A stretch of DNA of 64,000 nt from Ruditapes philippinarum (Eukaryota), in contig NW_026858315.1 of assembly GCF_026571515.1 (NCBI RefSeq), positions 1-64,000 of the forward strand. Reading direction: 5' to 3'. Of this stretch, positions 52,573-64,000 are shown piece after piece (the stretch's first letter is position 1; each line of letters starts with the position of its first letter). The notes under the pieces were generated by a model that searched no databases, was not told the DNA's origin, and saw only the letters and a program-made list of their open reading frames with translations. Both the position numbers and the translations under genes were made by a program.

Positions 52573-54480
52573 ACATATTATGTTGTGTGATATAATTAAC
52601 TGTGAATTTTACCAAAATAAATTTTAATACATGTACTACTTTTACTCATGTTTTTCTTTTATTCATGATGATATATTACACTACTTCAAACTATGAATTC
52701 ATTAAAAAGTTGAAACCGTGAATTCGTGAATAATGTATGTTGAAATCGTCAAATTGTGAATTCGTGAAGATGAACCCAAAAATTCAAGAAGGTGAAATGT
52801 CACCACCGGTCTTTCGTACTCTTCTAATTCTTCTAATAACAGGTCTATGTTTTCAATACACCTGTGCCAATTATTTTTACCATACATTTATACATACATG
52901 TTTATACACTTAATGATAAGTATATAAGTCAAGTCAGATGAATTGCTTTAAAACAATTGCTGATGTTTATGTTAGTGTCTTGAAGCATAGGAACATTTAT
53001 AATGTTTTATAGTTTATTCTCAGTAAGGGGAGTAAATCTTACCTGTATCTATGTTTACGACATGGAAAACGATTTAAGTTATTTACCCGACAAAAACAAT
53101 ATAAACATTAAACAATTATAAACTTTAATCATGTTCAAACCATGATAAAAGGATTTCTGCATTTGCAATATAAATGCGAAATTGGTGCATGTATACTGCT
53201 TGTTTCGTAAACTCATGTCACGAAGACAGCAATCTTTCTTGAAGACAATATGTTTTTAACTATATGTATATCTTATCTTACACTGGTAATAAAAGAAATG
53301 AAGTAGATCTAACACTGGTTTGAATAAAATTACATGTGAAGTTTTCTGTGATCTATGTCCCGTTTCTATAATTGAATTTGCCTTATTTGACAAAAAATGA
53401 TTTGAAAAAAAAAAGATAAAAACTTATTACTGACGTAACAACTGCAAGGTAATTTTCCCAATCAATCTAGATAAAAAGTTTGCTATTCGGTATAATTTCT
53501 ATTTACACGCATGTTCTTTGTTTGATTGTTACTGTATTTCAACAAATTAATCTTATGATTGAGGACATTTTAAAAACAGTTTGTCCGATAGACGGTCACG
53601 TTATCAGCCATCAATTTAAAAGTTTTTATTATAATTTTCAAGGACAAGTTTCTTTAAAACATAGCCACAGAACCTTGTCTATCAAATGTGTAATTAATCA
53701 TTGTACAGTAAGCACAAGTCCAAAAAAGAACAAAATCACCACGGTGGAGTAGAAGGGTAAAAAATGGTTCACTTAAAATGGCAATAGTATCTAAAATAAA
53801 TAAACTTAAAGCAGAAGTAAAGATGTCAAGATATGAATAGACTTTGATCCCCTTCCAAAATTTAATTTTATTTAGTTCCGCTCATTGTGTTCTTGTTTAG
53901 TGCACACACTTTCTATAACTTGGAGACCATACGCCGCTTTTCATGGAATGTCACGGAAGTGTCACATTAAAGGTTCCATGAAAAATCGCCGTATGTACAC
54001 ATTTGCGGATGTTTCTAAATTCAAAATTTTACCATTTCATGTTTAAATGTTGAATTCTGCTTTAGCCGGTGCTAGAGGGCATGGACGGTAGTTTGCACTT
54101 GACAGTACCATCCATGAACAGGCTCAATCAAACCGAGCCTGCAACATTTTCATTTTTGCCGTTTTAGGGCGTTCTTTAAGGATTCTTATTTTCTCAATTT
54201 GTTCATCTCTCTTTAGATATGATAATCACATTAAATTTAATTGTTAATTATTACTAAACCAGATATAACGTCATATAAACACAGTTTAACTTTAATAAAA
54301 GTGATTTGTAACGTTTGCCGTTCGAAAAGTCATTATGAGTGAATCATTCTTTTCACTGCATTCAATAAACGGTGCGTAAATTACTTTTGAAGGTCGTGTC
54401 ATTCATAAATAGGTGTCATTCACATGATTATGTCAAATCTTCCTTTTCAGTGTCAATGTTTTGATCCCATACATTATCTG

Positions 54481-56414
54481 ATAACGAATCAGTTTGAATT
54501 ACCGGTATTTAACTTTCTTTACTTTCTTTAATAGAAGCAATGAGTTCAAAATTTGACTAATTGCAAAATATTTCTATAAACTGAGGGTTAAAAAACCAAT
54601 ACACTGAATCACTTCACTCATTGGTAATCTATAGAATAGATTCATACACTCCTCTACCTTTAAGTGAATGTCAAAGAAAAAAAATATTGACATACATATC
54701 ACGTTAATACCTCCTACTTTAGATACTTTAATTTAAACATAAAGGTTAAAGATAGGAGAGTGTGGTTATCAAAAGGCTATCATACAATAAACCTCTATTA
54801 ATCTCATCAAAAACAAAGTACTCGAAAACGACACACAATATTAAAGCATAAAAGAGTAAGTTATATTTAGGAAAGTACAAAGAGTAAGTAAAATTGCAAA
54901 CAAGGGTTATACATGTTCTTGAGGAGGCAGATCAAAGAACGTTTAATAATTAAACTAAAGTTATTTATGTTTCGTACTTCTTGGTTAAGGTTGAGCTTAA
55001 TTAATGTTTGGACCACAAATTTGTGAATCTTGTCCTGCACTTTTAACCATTCATCTTTAAATGTATGTTGAATTAATTTTGTGCGGTCAAACTGATGGTG
55101 AATTTAAATCAAACATAACCAATATGAAGTTAAATGCAATCGAAACAATCTGGCACTTTCTTTCAATCTTCGGGGAATGAATTATTATGGATAATCTTCT
55201 GCAAAGGTTATTGTTGTGTTCTTAATTGTTTCAGGCTCAAATTGTATGTTTCTGTTTGAATTTGCAATGCAAGCATATCTGCAAATGAAATTAAATGTTT
55301 TATATGCATATATATATTTAATGATAAGTATAAAGTGCATGAAAGGGGCTATGAAATACATTCATACTTTACATTGTTTGACAAGTAAGTTCGTCAGTTT
55401 GTTTATTTTCTGTTAAAATTTATTACATGTTTCTATTTTAGAGAAATTATATCCATCTGCCCATGAGTATACAGTTACTTTGACTGACTTTGGCCAAAAT
55501 CGCCGTTTTATTTTTGCTATTTCATTTAAACACACAAATATTTTACATGTATTTAAATAATTGAATTACGATAAGCGTATGCTAATAATAAATGGTGTGA
55601 AATCTGGTTCGCTCATTATTCATAATTTATTTTTACATTATTATTAACAGAAAAGTATTTAACTTATCTACTTTATTTTTAAAGTAAACAAACGAATCAT
55701 GACTTCATATTATAAAAAAAATAACATTGGTTAACATTTTTATCCTTTTCACAATATCGCCTACCACATTACGAGAAATTGTCAATGCCCACTTAAAACT
55801 GCCCACTTCAAACCTACTGCTTAAAATTGAATTAGTTTGCTTTCACGCAAAATTGCTTAGTTCTTTAACACTGCACTAAAAGGATTTTCGATAATTCGAC
55901 TTTTGAATAATTTTAATATTAGTATAATCATGCTTAACATTACGTTATATTTAGTTCAACTTGCATGACTCAATGTTTTTTAAAGTATAATTTTGGAAAC
56001 GTAATTACATTGTAATTGAAAAAAAAAGTTGCGGACTTTAAGTGCACAGCCTTGATTTCAGCAAAGTAGGTGGATATGACTAGGTCTTTTGGCATTCTCC
56101 ATAATTAAACCTTAGCTTATATGATGTTAAAACTTTTCAAATTTATTGTTATTTATTGAAGCATGTTAGGAAAGAGAGAAAATAAGAATAAAAAAAGCGT
56201 CAAAAACGGAAAGTGGAAAATGCTGTAGGCTCGGTTTGATTTAGCCTGTTCATGAACGGCACTGGAAAGTGCAAGGTACCGTCCACGCCTCCATGCAAAG
56301 TATTGTTAGTTTTCTTATATAGGTTTTTACAATATCAGTTTGTACACTAACGAATAACACAGCATAAATTATGTCAAAGCGGTTAAGTTTAATTTCAAAG
56401 AGTACTTTGAACAT
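54481..56414. repeat. Segmental duplication block B', direct repeat of 45984-48400
   Basis: Collinear non-coding identity; lacks a segment of roughly 600 bp present in block B (~47030-47620). Confidence 0.9.
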
Positions 56415-58358
56415 AAGTATGTTCATTTATAATAAATATATAGATATAACCTGCGCCTTTCCTATCGAAATGAAATGCATCAATGGAATCAATCGGCTAT
56501 TATATTTATTTGTAATAGGTGCAGCCTTTTTATATTATACAAAGACTTATTTTTCAAGTGCATTATTTCGCAACCTTGTCTCAGAACATTGACATGTCGA
56601 ATAACCCCAAAGTATGACGTCAATTAACCAAATGTTGTCAGGAAAATACTTCAGCATTATATATGACAGTTTGCATTCGTCATTACGTATAGATTTTAGA
56701 ATGGGGATTGATTTGACATCAGACAATATGGTTCTGGTTTATGTTCTGTAGGATTAATCTAAAGACTCAGATCTAAAGCCCATATGATACTTCGCATCTG
56801 AGCTAGAGCAGTTTAATTTTTTACGGCAGCGCCCTAAAATATGATATCATCGTTCTGTACATGTTGAATCAACGTGTATACCATTATTTAATATTCAACT
56901 GTTCTTGTAGAGGTAGGTACTTTAACTGGAAGTAACATGTTGAATACGACGTCATTTTAATATTTATATGATCAAATAAAATAGTTTATTTACGTATCAT
57001 ATACATCACAATCAAAATAAGACAAAATTAATAAGCTGATAAAGTACATATGCCATAAATACAGAATTATATGGTGTTACAAACAAAGCTTACAGAATAA
57101 CATATAAACAATACACACCTCACTTAAAATATGTTTGAAATGCTGTCTATCATTTTAGAACTGGTGTATCACTGGGCTGATGTTATATAAATTCTAATCA
57201 AATTAAATATACTAGAATGTATAGCATACACTTAATTGAAGGAAGTAAACTGTTGCAGATAATTTGTTTTAATCATCGAGATATACAGATATATCGTTGC
57301 AAAGGTCATTGTTAAACTTTATGTTCAAATTACAAATAATACGGATAATAATACTAAATAGACGATTATGTTGATTTATAATGCTTATAATCCATCATTA
57401 ACCATCTTATTGAGTGTTAAGGAATAGAAACTTATACTTACTTTATCAGGCAGTTTTTAACATTAATTTGTTATATAAAGTAGCAAAGTAAATAAATATA
57501 CAAATGAACAAAAGATTGATTGTAAAGATTATTTAAACAGTGATAAAAACTGACGTTTATTTAGATTTATTTGCTTACCACAATCATTAAAACATTATTT
57601 AAATTGAATGTTTTCTTAATTCAACAAAGCAATTAAATTTTTAAGACCGAATTTGATATCATTGTACATATAATCTGTTAACCCTGTGTCTGTATTGATT
57701 TGTATTGAAATGTATACTGCAGTGTATTCAAGCGGGCTTTAAAGTCAGCTCTTACTAATTCATAAGGTCATTGTGGCTTATGTCAAATGTGATCCGAGTA
57801 GGGGTTTAAATATTTTATTTTCAAACGCTTTTGATAGTAATCGAACATGCGTTGAAAGAACTCACTGTACAAAATGAAGTAGAAAAAAAACCTACACGAG
57901 ATTACTCTGGATTTTTTATAACAGCCAGTTATCGTACATTTGTATAAAGAAATAATAATTTATTAATGTATTGAATTATTTACAGAAGCTGAGAAAATAA
58001 AGGTAAATGTTATTGTGTTTTTTTTTCTGATTAAGCAATTAACGGAAAACAAGTTATTTTTTTTTGGTTGAAGTAACAACACAAGTTAATAACCTATATT
58101 AATAAATTTTTTCTATGATTATAGCTCAAGTCTATAAAAATTAAAACAAAAAAGAATTATTGTCTTATTTTCATAACATTTTAGAGTTAATAATTGATAA
58201 TAAAAATTGTATATTAAGACTAAGACACGGTAAAAAATAAAGATTAGAAATATAACTACATGAATGGAGTTTCATTTGAACAGTTTGTAGTTCTATAGCA
58301 ACTATTTATACATTCTACTCTGTCTACAGTTGTTATATAATATATTCATTTGTTTCAG

Positions 58359-60042
58359 ATGGAATTTATCGATACAAAAGCTTCACCAGAATATGCTCTA
58401 CAGTGTATTAAATGGTGCATAGAAAATCTGGAATCAAAAGCTTTAGAGGAACATCTCAAACTACACAAACATCTTCTCAAAGCTGAACTCGTTTCTTTGT
58501 TGCTCGATGTTTTTGCAAAGGGCAAGGTTCAGTGTATGAAGCTAATGCTGTCTGCAATGGACCAGGATATTAGGATAGCAAACCGCCAAAAAGACAATGT
58601 ATATTTACTGCATAAGTTGCTATGTAGTGCAGTGAAAATAGGAGACAACGATATAGTTAAAGACCTAATTGATAAAGGTGCTAATGTGAATGGATTGTTC
58701 AATGGAAAGCCAATCTTGCACTTAGCAGCTAGTTACGGATTTACGGACGTTGCTGCATATTTAGTTAAAGCAGGAGCAGATATACACAGTGTTGACAAAC
58801 GGGGAGATAATGTTATACATTCAATTATATCATCTAAACTCACGAACAAGGTAGATATGTTTTGTTTTTGTTTTTCAGTGTAAAAAGTATAACATAAGAA
58901 ACAGATCATTTAACATTTAAGTATCCATAATCTGTATTATAAGAGATCATGTAAACGACCGACTAATATCAGATTAAAAAAAATAAATCCTAAAACATTA
59001 CTTAAATCGCCTAAAATGATTTCAGAAAAATACAGTCCTGTTATATTCTTACACTCTTTCAGATATGTCTTGTTTTTTTAATAGAAAAAAAGAAACAAAA
59101 GTGCACGATAATCCATAAACCGTTCAAGTTTTAGACTTTTATCCTAACTAATAGTAGAGATACATACTATCAAGTTATCATCCTCAATGTGTACACAATT
59201 AACGATATTGTATATCTAGCAAAGTAACAATTGCTGTTTCAATCAAATTCTCTATGATCTTATTCAGGTATATATTTCCCTGTTATTTGTCAACTTATTT
59301 TGTATACTGGTACGATAAATCTAAATGTAAAACAAATTGAATGTTGCACTTACAATTTATTTGATTATAATACTAAATATTAAACAAATTCAATATTACA
59401 ATATATATTCAGATATATTTGTTTCTTTTATTTAAGGCTGATACAATAAGGCGAGTTGTTTCAATTGGTGCAAACCCTCTAGTCAAGTCTTCTGCAGGAA
59501 GATTGCCAATCCATCTTGCCGCAAAGGATGCACCAGAGGTTCTAGTTGAACTTATACGAGACGGACTAGACGTCAATGTGCCTGATGATATCAATAGTGA
59601 CACCCCTCTGCACATTGCTTGTAGTGCCGCCTGTCGTGAAACTATTTTGACTCTCATACAGTCTGGAAGTCGCTTTAATGCAGAAAATCTCAAAGGACTA
59701 ACACCTTTAGCAAAATTACTCCAATATACACACAATGATCACGACTTTCATACAAAAACAAGGCTTAGTATAGCAAAGGAGCTTACTTCTATTGGATTTC
59801 GAATGTGCCATCCTCGTCGAAAACAGACGTCACATTCATCCTGCAGCAGACGAGACAAATCTTACGATAGATATCACGCGATCAAATTGTCTCTGAAATC
59901 ACCACCGCGTTTACAAAGTATCACCCGATTGACTATTAGAGAATCGCTTACTCATGGAAGATATGTGCAAAAAGAGATTGATAATCTGGAACTTCCATTC
60001 CATTTGAAATCGTTTATCATGTTTAAAGATATGAGATTTTAA
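58359..60042 (+). CDS. Ankyrin repeat and SOCS box protein (ASB-like), ~365 aa
   Basis: Exons 58359-58850 and 59437-60042 (phase 0). Ankyrin motifs LIDKGANVN, GKPILHLAA..G...LVKAGADIH, GRLPIHLAA, DTPLHIAC, GLTPL; C-terminal SOCS box PPRLQSITRLTIRESL...IDNLELPFHLKSFIMF. The ATG directly follows an acceptor AG, so upstream exons are likely. Confidence 0.9.
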
Positions 60043-63000
60043 ATGGGTATTTCTGAAATTCGGGATATATATTTGAACGAAATGTGAAATAACAATGACA
60101 GAATCTCGAGTATTTCTTAATGCTAGTCAAAATGAGTGTTGTTGCATATGCCTTATACTTGAAGTCTTACATATGACACTAGTCAATTACAAATGTAGAA
60201 TCTCACGTTAAATTATTTTATACAATGCTTTTTAGTAATATGTAAAATTCTCACTGCCACGGTTGTGCTATGATCACATTTGCTAGTCTACGTGTTTTAT
60301 TGTTAATCAATTCATATTTTATTATATCAATACTATTATAATAGTACTCCATATAGGGTCTTTTTTGTCTCTCAACAAAATGTATATTGATGGTCTATTT
60401 CTATTTCATTTAACGTTTTGTTCAAATATTTGCTGCCAGAATATTGTTTTCAATATTTGCTAGTCAAATTCAGGTGAATGTATGATTTAAAAAAGTCTTT
60501 TTGATATTAAGAATAGACATTGAAGAGGCGCCTTTTAAATTTCAATACTATCCTTGTTATTTAAAAAAATTGTCTTTTAATTTTGCAAAGGTTTCGTTAA
60601 GCAAGCCTTCAACCTTTTTAGTAGCATTTTTCAAATTTGTATGAACATGATGACAAATATAAGAAAATATATAAGAAAAGATCCAAGAGTGTGTTAATTT
60701 CTGTATTTATTAGAAATAAATTATCTGAAAGAATAACCACATAAATCTATAACCATGAGATTAAATGTCTGTATGATATTGCGTATGTCTGACAATTAGT
60801 CATCAATATTTGCACATGACTTTGCGGGTTGTAATCTGTCGTTGATCTTTACCTCTGTAATGACAAGCAAACTATAACCACAAGACATGCTAGAAGTTAG
60901 TGACTGAAGAACAATTAAGTTAAACAGATTTGTTAATACTACTGAGTTATTAGACAAAACGGTTTATATTTCACCACAGGTTTATACGAAAATTTAAAAT
61001 CACATTTGCTTACATATATACCAACAGTACTACAACATCTCATTTGCACTGACATTAATCAAATTAAGATACTTCTTACAGTCACCAAAAGCTTCAACAG
61101 TTTAATTTGATTCAACTCCCCATTTAACTTAAAAATGTATATCTATTGGTGTTGTACATTATCATTTATTAAAAGCATAAAACATCGTTACTTCAGACAA
61201 TGGCATGAACTAATGTTTCAAATGAAAAAAATATAAATGAATATCATTTGTCAAATATTTAATTAAATGCAAACTTACAACCTGTAAAAAGACATGAAAA
61301 ATCGAACGTCAAGAAATATCACCAGACACAAAACGAACATGTTGACTCAATTGGTTTTCTTTCCACTTAAAACACATTAGAAATATATTGCTCTTGTCTT
61401 ATACAAGATTAATATCATACTTCATACTTATACTATCTTTCAAAGGCACTTCAAAATAACTTCAATATGAACGTTTATATGCAACCAAACTTTCCTGTTC
61501 TTTAGCCTATAATAAGATTGTTTGCGAAGTCAATTGAAGAGTGCAAAGTACAACTAAGTTCATGTTTTACGTTGACTTTTTAGAGTTTGAACATTATAAT
61601 AGCCGTTTTTTTCTTTTTGGTATTGAAATCATATATATCTCAAGATGTCAATTTTGTAAAAGCACTACCTTGGAAATGTTCTTGGTTCATTTCAAAGTTA
61701 TATATTTTCAAATTAAAGCATTTAGTATAAACGCAATTATTGTCGTATGTATTAACATATTTATTAAAAGTTCACATACATTATCAAATCATACAATACA
61801 GTAATATATCTTTGTGCTCTACAAATAATGATGTCATAGTTACTGAATAAAAAAAATCACGTCCAAGTGTTTGTATGTATTCTATGCTAGGTGAATATCC
61901 ATCCGCCCATTAAGACACAAAAAGTAGATTTCACTGTCGAGTATGGTCATGCTCTTCAAGGGTTAATTTTGAAATACAAAGCGGTGATAATTTACCTCGA
62001 TGCATTTTCCACGGAGTATTAATCAAAGATATGAATTGTGAGCCATAAATTGGTCATTGTACGGTGGCCAATGTGAACCTAAATGTGCATTAACCTGAGC
62101 CAATATGGAAAGTATGAGATAGCCTTGAACATGGCTGTTTTGCCTTCTAAGAGTGCCTTTCAAGCCGTCACACTCTGTGCTAGAGGCTCGTTGTTTCAAT
62201 AATTATATGATTGATTCTTGAAACAGTTGTGGGACAGGATGTTTGTGTTATGTAACAAAACACACATGATATTGCACTTAGATACAATGAAATGCTTTGG
62301 AACAAAATATAATGCTGCTATATCTAGTATCTAGAACAGTTTTTACCATTTATCGAAGATTATGTCGATGCGGCATTCCCTCTTGCACATTTATATCAGG
62401 CAGGTATTTTAGAAGTATTCTTTTTCAAATTCAAACACATTTTTTCAACAGACATATAGCTGTATATTATTTAGTGTATTTAAAAAATTACTGAGTATGT
62501 TCCTTATTTTTATTTTAGTAGTCATGTTTGTAACAAGTTGTTTTACGCTTGTTTTACTCGTAACATGCAAGTGTTATATTGAAGTAATTTGTTGTGGCTT
62601 TATTTACCCACTTGTACTGATTAATTGAAAAAAAATAATGTCAGAATGATTCTCATACACTAAAATATGACTTGAACTTCAATATATTGTACTATATTTC
62701 TAAAGATAATTATAAAGCCACATAATTTGATTTATTTAAAGACACGCCTACAAATGCATGCAATATTAAAGAAAATCGTACAAACCCACTTAAGAAATAA
62801 AATGTTTACACACAATTTATGTAAACCTTGCATTTCTATGTCATGTAAACATTTTCTAAAAAGTCTAGTAATACTTGCTGATTTTTAAGCTTTTTCTTGC
62901 ATACTCGGCAAATCTATAATTTGTTAAGAACAAACGCAGTAATTATCGTCTTTTAATTAATGTTATATTTTTGATACAAAATTGAAGATATGGAGTTATA

Positions 63001-63289
63001 TTCATACGTTCTTTTAAAAGTATATCTGTTAAGTAAAGTGCGTTGATTGCATACAATAAAGTAAGCATAATAACGTTATTGTCATTGATTTTGTTTGTAA
63101 AAAGCTAATTGTAATGTAACAATTAAGCTGGAACAAGATATAATAAAATAACTGCTATAGTTTTTGAACATCAGATATATGTTTTGTTTGAATTCATTGT
63201 AGTAAAATAATGCTTCGGTCAGCACATTTTATAGTACATACCATGTACAATGTGTAATAGATACTTCAGGTTATATAGATTGTAATGCA

Positions 63290-63445
63290 TAGGGCTGTGG
63301 TTCTACTAAGATGTTCGCTCGTGCCTGGAACAAAACAATGCATAAATGGGCATCTAGGGGGTTCCTCCACCATTAAAACTATAAAGTTGTCATATGACCT
63401 TTTCAGAGTATGCACGATAAAAAACTCTATACAAACAAACAAGCA
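63290..63445 (+). mobile_element. SINE 3' fragment, same family as 41495-41760
   Basis: GTGGTTCTA..GTGCCTG..AATGCAT..GGGCATCT..CATATGACCT..(AAAC)n. Confidence 0.6.
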
Positions 63446-64000
63446 AAGTTTACAGACGATTTAACCAAAATTTAATATTATAATACACATTGTGAAATAG
63501 CATATAGCTTTGATTAATATGGTAAAACAAAAAAAAACTCATAAAGTAAAGATATTCATGGACTTAAGACGACATAAAGTAGCATTATCATGTCGTAAAT
63601 ATTTATTTTGGTACGCTTACAAATTAATTACTTAACAGTTGCTCTGACTTCAAGCTTCGTATATGATTATCATATTTAGGTGTTATATTAATTAGTTATC
63701 ATTTTATGTATGCCCAAGGAAGTTTTCTGAATTAATAATTTACGTGTTGTATTGTGCGACAATCCAACAGTGAATACTCTATATAACTGGTGAAACTGGT
63801 TTATGGTAGACTATTAATTATTAAATACAAATCAATATCAAATACTTGTATATATCTACTAAAAAAAGAATAGCATGTTCCGTTTCGCATATTCGGTAAC
63901 TTTAAGCAGATTGTTTAGATTAGTTTGTTTCCGCAAAAAAGGGACACAGGTGACTTTTAAGTGGCAAATGCAGCGCCTTTATTTACCCACTCAAGTTCAA

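Noticed and set aside
60100-64000. Short ORFs at 61541 and 62297
   Set aside because: AT-rich, no motifs and no consistent exon chain.

Overview
AT-rich eukaryotic genomic DNA with spliceosomal introns. The repeats (tRNA-derived SINEs, a HINE/'pearl'-type Helentron, many MITEs) suggest a bivalve mollusc; this is inference. All genes were spliced by hand and lie on the + strand. (1) An SLC23/NAT nucleobase-ascorbate transporter, 5009-19596, with two duplicated alternative first coding exons. (2) A 386-aa secreted mosaic protein, 21080-27029: signal peptide, two Ly6/three-finger-like domains, Thr-rich linker, TSP1, Ig. It has a GC-AG intron and a GKR...RKR motif inside the second Ly6-like domain. 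(3) The most striking feature, 34406-52572: a tandem array of four intact genes plus one orphan exon encoding a 110-111 aa prepro-peptide I cannot assign to a known family. Its layout is signal peptide, AKIDDKR pro-piece, acidic helical 6-Cys mature peptide, and C-terminal G-R amidation signal. The ORF track mostly misses it. (4) An ankyrin-repeat/SOCS-box (ASB-like) gene, 58359-60042. Non-coding DNA holds nine copies of a palindromic Sola-like MITE, mariner-, piggyBac-, Harbinger- and P/hAT-like MITEs (one nested pair), 24-bp and 36-bp minisatellites, and local segmental duplications.
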